A stretch of 64,000 nt of DNA. Source: Chloroflexota bacterium. Its GTDB lineage: Bacteria; Chloroflexota; Dormibacteria; CF-121. Of this stretch, positions 62,412 through 64,000 are shown piece by piece (position 1 is the first letter of the stretch; the number at the start of each line of letters is the position of its first letter). Location: NCBI GenBank assembly GCA_005889535.1, contig VBHC01000111.1:6060-70059 (forward strand), written 5' to 3'. Position numbers and translations under genes: made by a program. The notes under the pieces are model-generated. The model ran no database searches. It saw only the letters and a program-made list of their open reading frames with translations, and had not been told where the DNA came from.

Positions 62412-62618
62412 TTATCTCTTCCGCTGCTGGCGCTGCTGGAACCGGTCGACGCGGCCCTGGGTGTCGACGATCCGCTGCTGGCCGCTGAAGAAGGGGTGGC
62501 ATACCGAGCAGACCTCGGTCTTGAGCTCTTTCTGCGTCGAGCCGGTCGTGAATTTATTGCCGCAGAGGCAGGTCACGACCGCGTCGTGGTAGTAGGTGGG
62601 GTGGATGGTGGCTTTCAC
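62412..62618 (-). CDS. rpmE: 50S ribosomal protein L31 (Zn-ribbon type)
   Basis: [10 protein letters not shown]...CLCGN...CSVCHPFF. Confidence 0.9.
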   Translation of the reverse strand: MKATIHPTYYHDAVVTCLCGNKFTTGSTQKELKTEVCSVCHPFFSGQQRIVDTQGRVDRFQQRQQRKR

Positions 62619-62630
62619 GGGCTCCCTATT

Positions 62631-63524
62631 CTATCTCAGGATTGCCGAGGTCTGGAGCATGCCCCACCCCAGGGCGAAGAGCAAGGCGAGGTAGAGCGAT
62701 CCAACGACGACCTTGGTCTGGACATCGACCGCGTAATACGCCGGGTTGAGGGCGGTCGACCGGAACCGCTGCCAGGTGGCAAAAGCGCCGAAGATCAAGA
62801 CCAGGAAGAGGACGGGGCTCACGGTGGTCCCGGACTGCATCTCGAAAAGCAGCAGCCCAGCCGCGATCAGCAGGCCGGCGACGTTGAACCATTTGGAGAG
62901 CAACGACGTCACGCGGCCGCCGTCGAGCGGGGTCAGCGGGATCAGGTTGAAAAGGTTGATCAGGAATCCAAAGTAGGCCAGCGCCTGCAACAGCCGACCG
63001 GTGCTCGAGTCCGGCATGCTCAGGTATCCGGCGTAGCACAGGCCCGCGGCGATCGATCCCAGGACTGGACCGCCGATCGCCATGATGGACTCCTGGGCGA
63101 CGGTCCGTGGCTGTTGTTTCATGCTGACGAAGGCGCCAAGGAATGGGATCATGACCGGAAGGGTGACCGGCAGGCCCATGATGCGGGCCACCACGACGTG
63201 GCCACTTTCATGGATCAAGATGAGGACAACGATGCCGACCCCGAAAGCCCAACCGAAGAGTTGGGCGTAGATCAAAGCCGTGACGCCGGTCGATACGAGC
63301 GTAAACCACAGACTCTTGAATTTGAGGAGCAGCAGCCCGACGTATGACAGCTTGCTGACGACGAGCCCAAGCGCCGCGAGGATCCCGGCGACAACCCCAC
63401 CGTTGCGACGGCCGCGGCTTCCGGGCTGTGCGGGGATGTCCGCCTGCACCGGCCGGTTCGTGCCGTAGCCGTAATCAGCCGCGTGCTGCTCGGGATCGCC
63501 GTTCTTCGGATAGATGCCTGCCAC
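62631..63524 (-). CDS. M50-family site-2 protease-like zinc metalloprotease
   Basis: HESGH (HExxH) within a TM helix and the downstream LDGG motif. Confidence 0.7.
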   Translation of the reverse strand: MAGIYPKNGDPEQHAADYGYGTNRPVQADIPAQPGSRGRRNGGVVAGILAALGLVVSKLSYVGLLLLKFKSLWFTLVSTGVTALIYAQLFGWAFGVGIVVLILIHESGHVVVARIMGLPVTLPVMIPFLGAFVSMKQQPRTVAQESIMAIGGPVLGSIAAGLCYAGYLSMPDSSTGRLLQALAYFGFLINLFNLIPLTPLDGGRVTSLLSKWFNVAGLLIAAGLLLFEMQSGTTVSPVLFLVLIFGAFATWQRFRSTALNPAYYAVDVQTKVVVGSLYLALLFALGWGMLQTSAILR

Positions 63525-64000
63525 TAATTAGAGGATGCCCAGGCGGGCTGCCTTTCAATCGCCGGCCAGGGGCGGGTGAAGTTGCCAAGCTGGAGGTCCG
63601 GGCAGCGCTCGCCCAGCTGCCGGACGAACGTCCGCATCCCAATACCTCGAGTTGGCTGGGGGATCCGCTCCAGCAACCAGTGGGGGTCAACGTTCAGGCT
63701 CCGGAGTTGCACCTGGTGCACCCCATGGCGGTGGATGAAGCTGACGAGCGCATCCAGTTCCGGCGGAGAATCGCTGATTCCGGGGAAGGTCAGCAGGTTG
63801 ATGGTGACCTGGCCCCCACCGGCAGCCACGACCCCGGCACACTCGGCGACCTGGTCGAGCCCGTATCCGACCGGGCGGTAGTAGGCACGGAAGCGCGAGT
63901 CGTCAAGGCTGAACACACTGATCCGCACCGAATTCAGGCCAGCGTCGACCAATCGCCGCAGGACGTCGGGGCGGGAGCCATTGGTATTGACGTGGATGGT
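63524..64000 (-). CDS. partial CDS (C-terminal part; gene continues past window end), unassigned
   Basis: The 142-aa ORF runs to the window edge. No confident family assignment. Confidence 0.35.
   Translation of the reverse strand, partial: TIHVNTNGSRPDVLRRLVDAGLNSVRISVFSLDDSRFRAYYRPVGYGLDQVAECAGVVAAGGGQVTINLLTFPGISDSPPELDALVSFIHRHGVHQVQLRSLNVDPHWLLERIPQPTRGIGMRTFVRQLGERCPDLQLGNFTRPWPAIERQPAWASSN

Overview
The window is high-GC (~68%) and very gene-dense, with no rRNA, tRNA or CRISPR arrays that I could recognise. Most of it is conserved core genes on the minus strand, in a gene order resembling Firmicutes, Chloroflexi and other monoderm Terrabacteria. From the start these are the 2-oxoacid dehydrogenase E1β/E1α genes with lpd, then ftsE-ftsX with a coiled-coil M23 peptidase and a CtpA-type protease, then hpf-secA-prfB. 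RF2 (prfB) carries its programmed +1 frameshift. From ~46.9 kb to the end run mreB-like, murA, the F1Fo ATP synthase operon (atpZ/I-B-E-F-H-A-G-D-C), wecA/tagO, glyA, tsaC, prmC, prfA, a DUF1385 gene, rpmE and an M50 protease. Two accessory blocks stand out. The first (15.6-23.7 kb) is a complete Tad/Flp pilus locus: a 59-aa Flp pilin that is missing from the ORF track, followed by an intrinsic terminator, then cpaB, cpaE, cpaF, tadB, tadC, a DUF192 gene, comF and a second cpaF paralog. The second (25.2-47.0 kb) is an unusually dense glycosylation locus, the most likely site of something undescribed. It holds about 11 polytopic GT-C-type membrane glycosyltransferases of at least three families; a further GT87-like copy lies at 8.6 kb. 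With them are an ICMT-family methyltransferase, two tandem GT2 polyprenyl-phosphate-sugar synthases, a TagA/WecB (GT26) enzyme, three GT4 genes and a GT9 gene. The genes sit in coupled operons with overlapping start and stop codons. Smaller curiosities are an apparent CUG start for atpG, a Cys-to-Asp MurA (fosfomycin-resistant type), a PrmC whose NPPY motif reads NLPK, a stand-alone SEC-C zinc-finger mini-protein copied from the secA 3' end, and an orphan DegS-like kinase.
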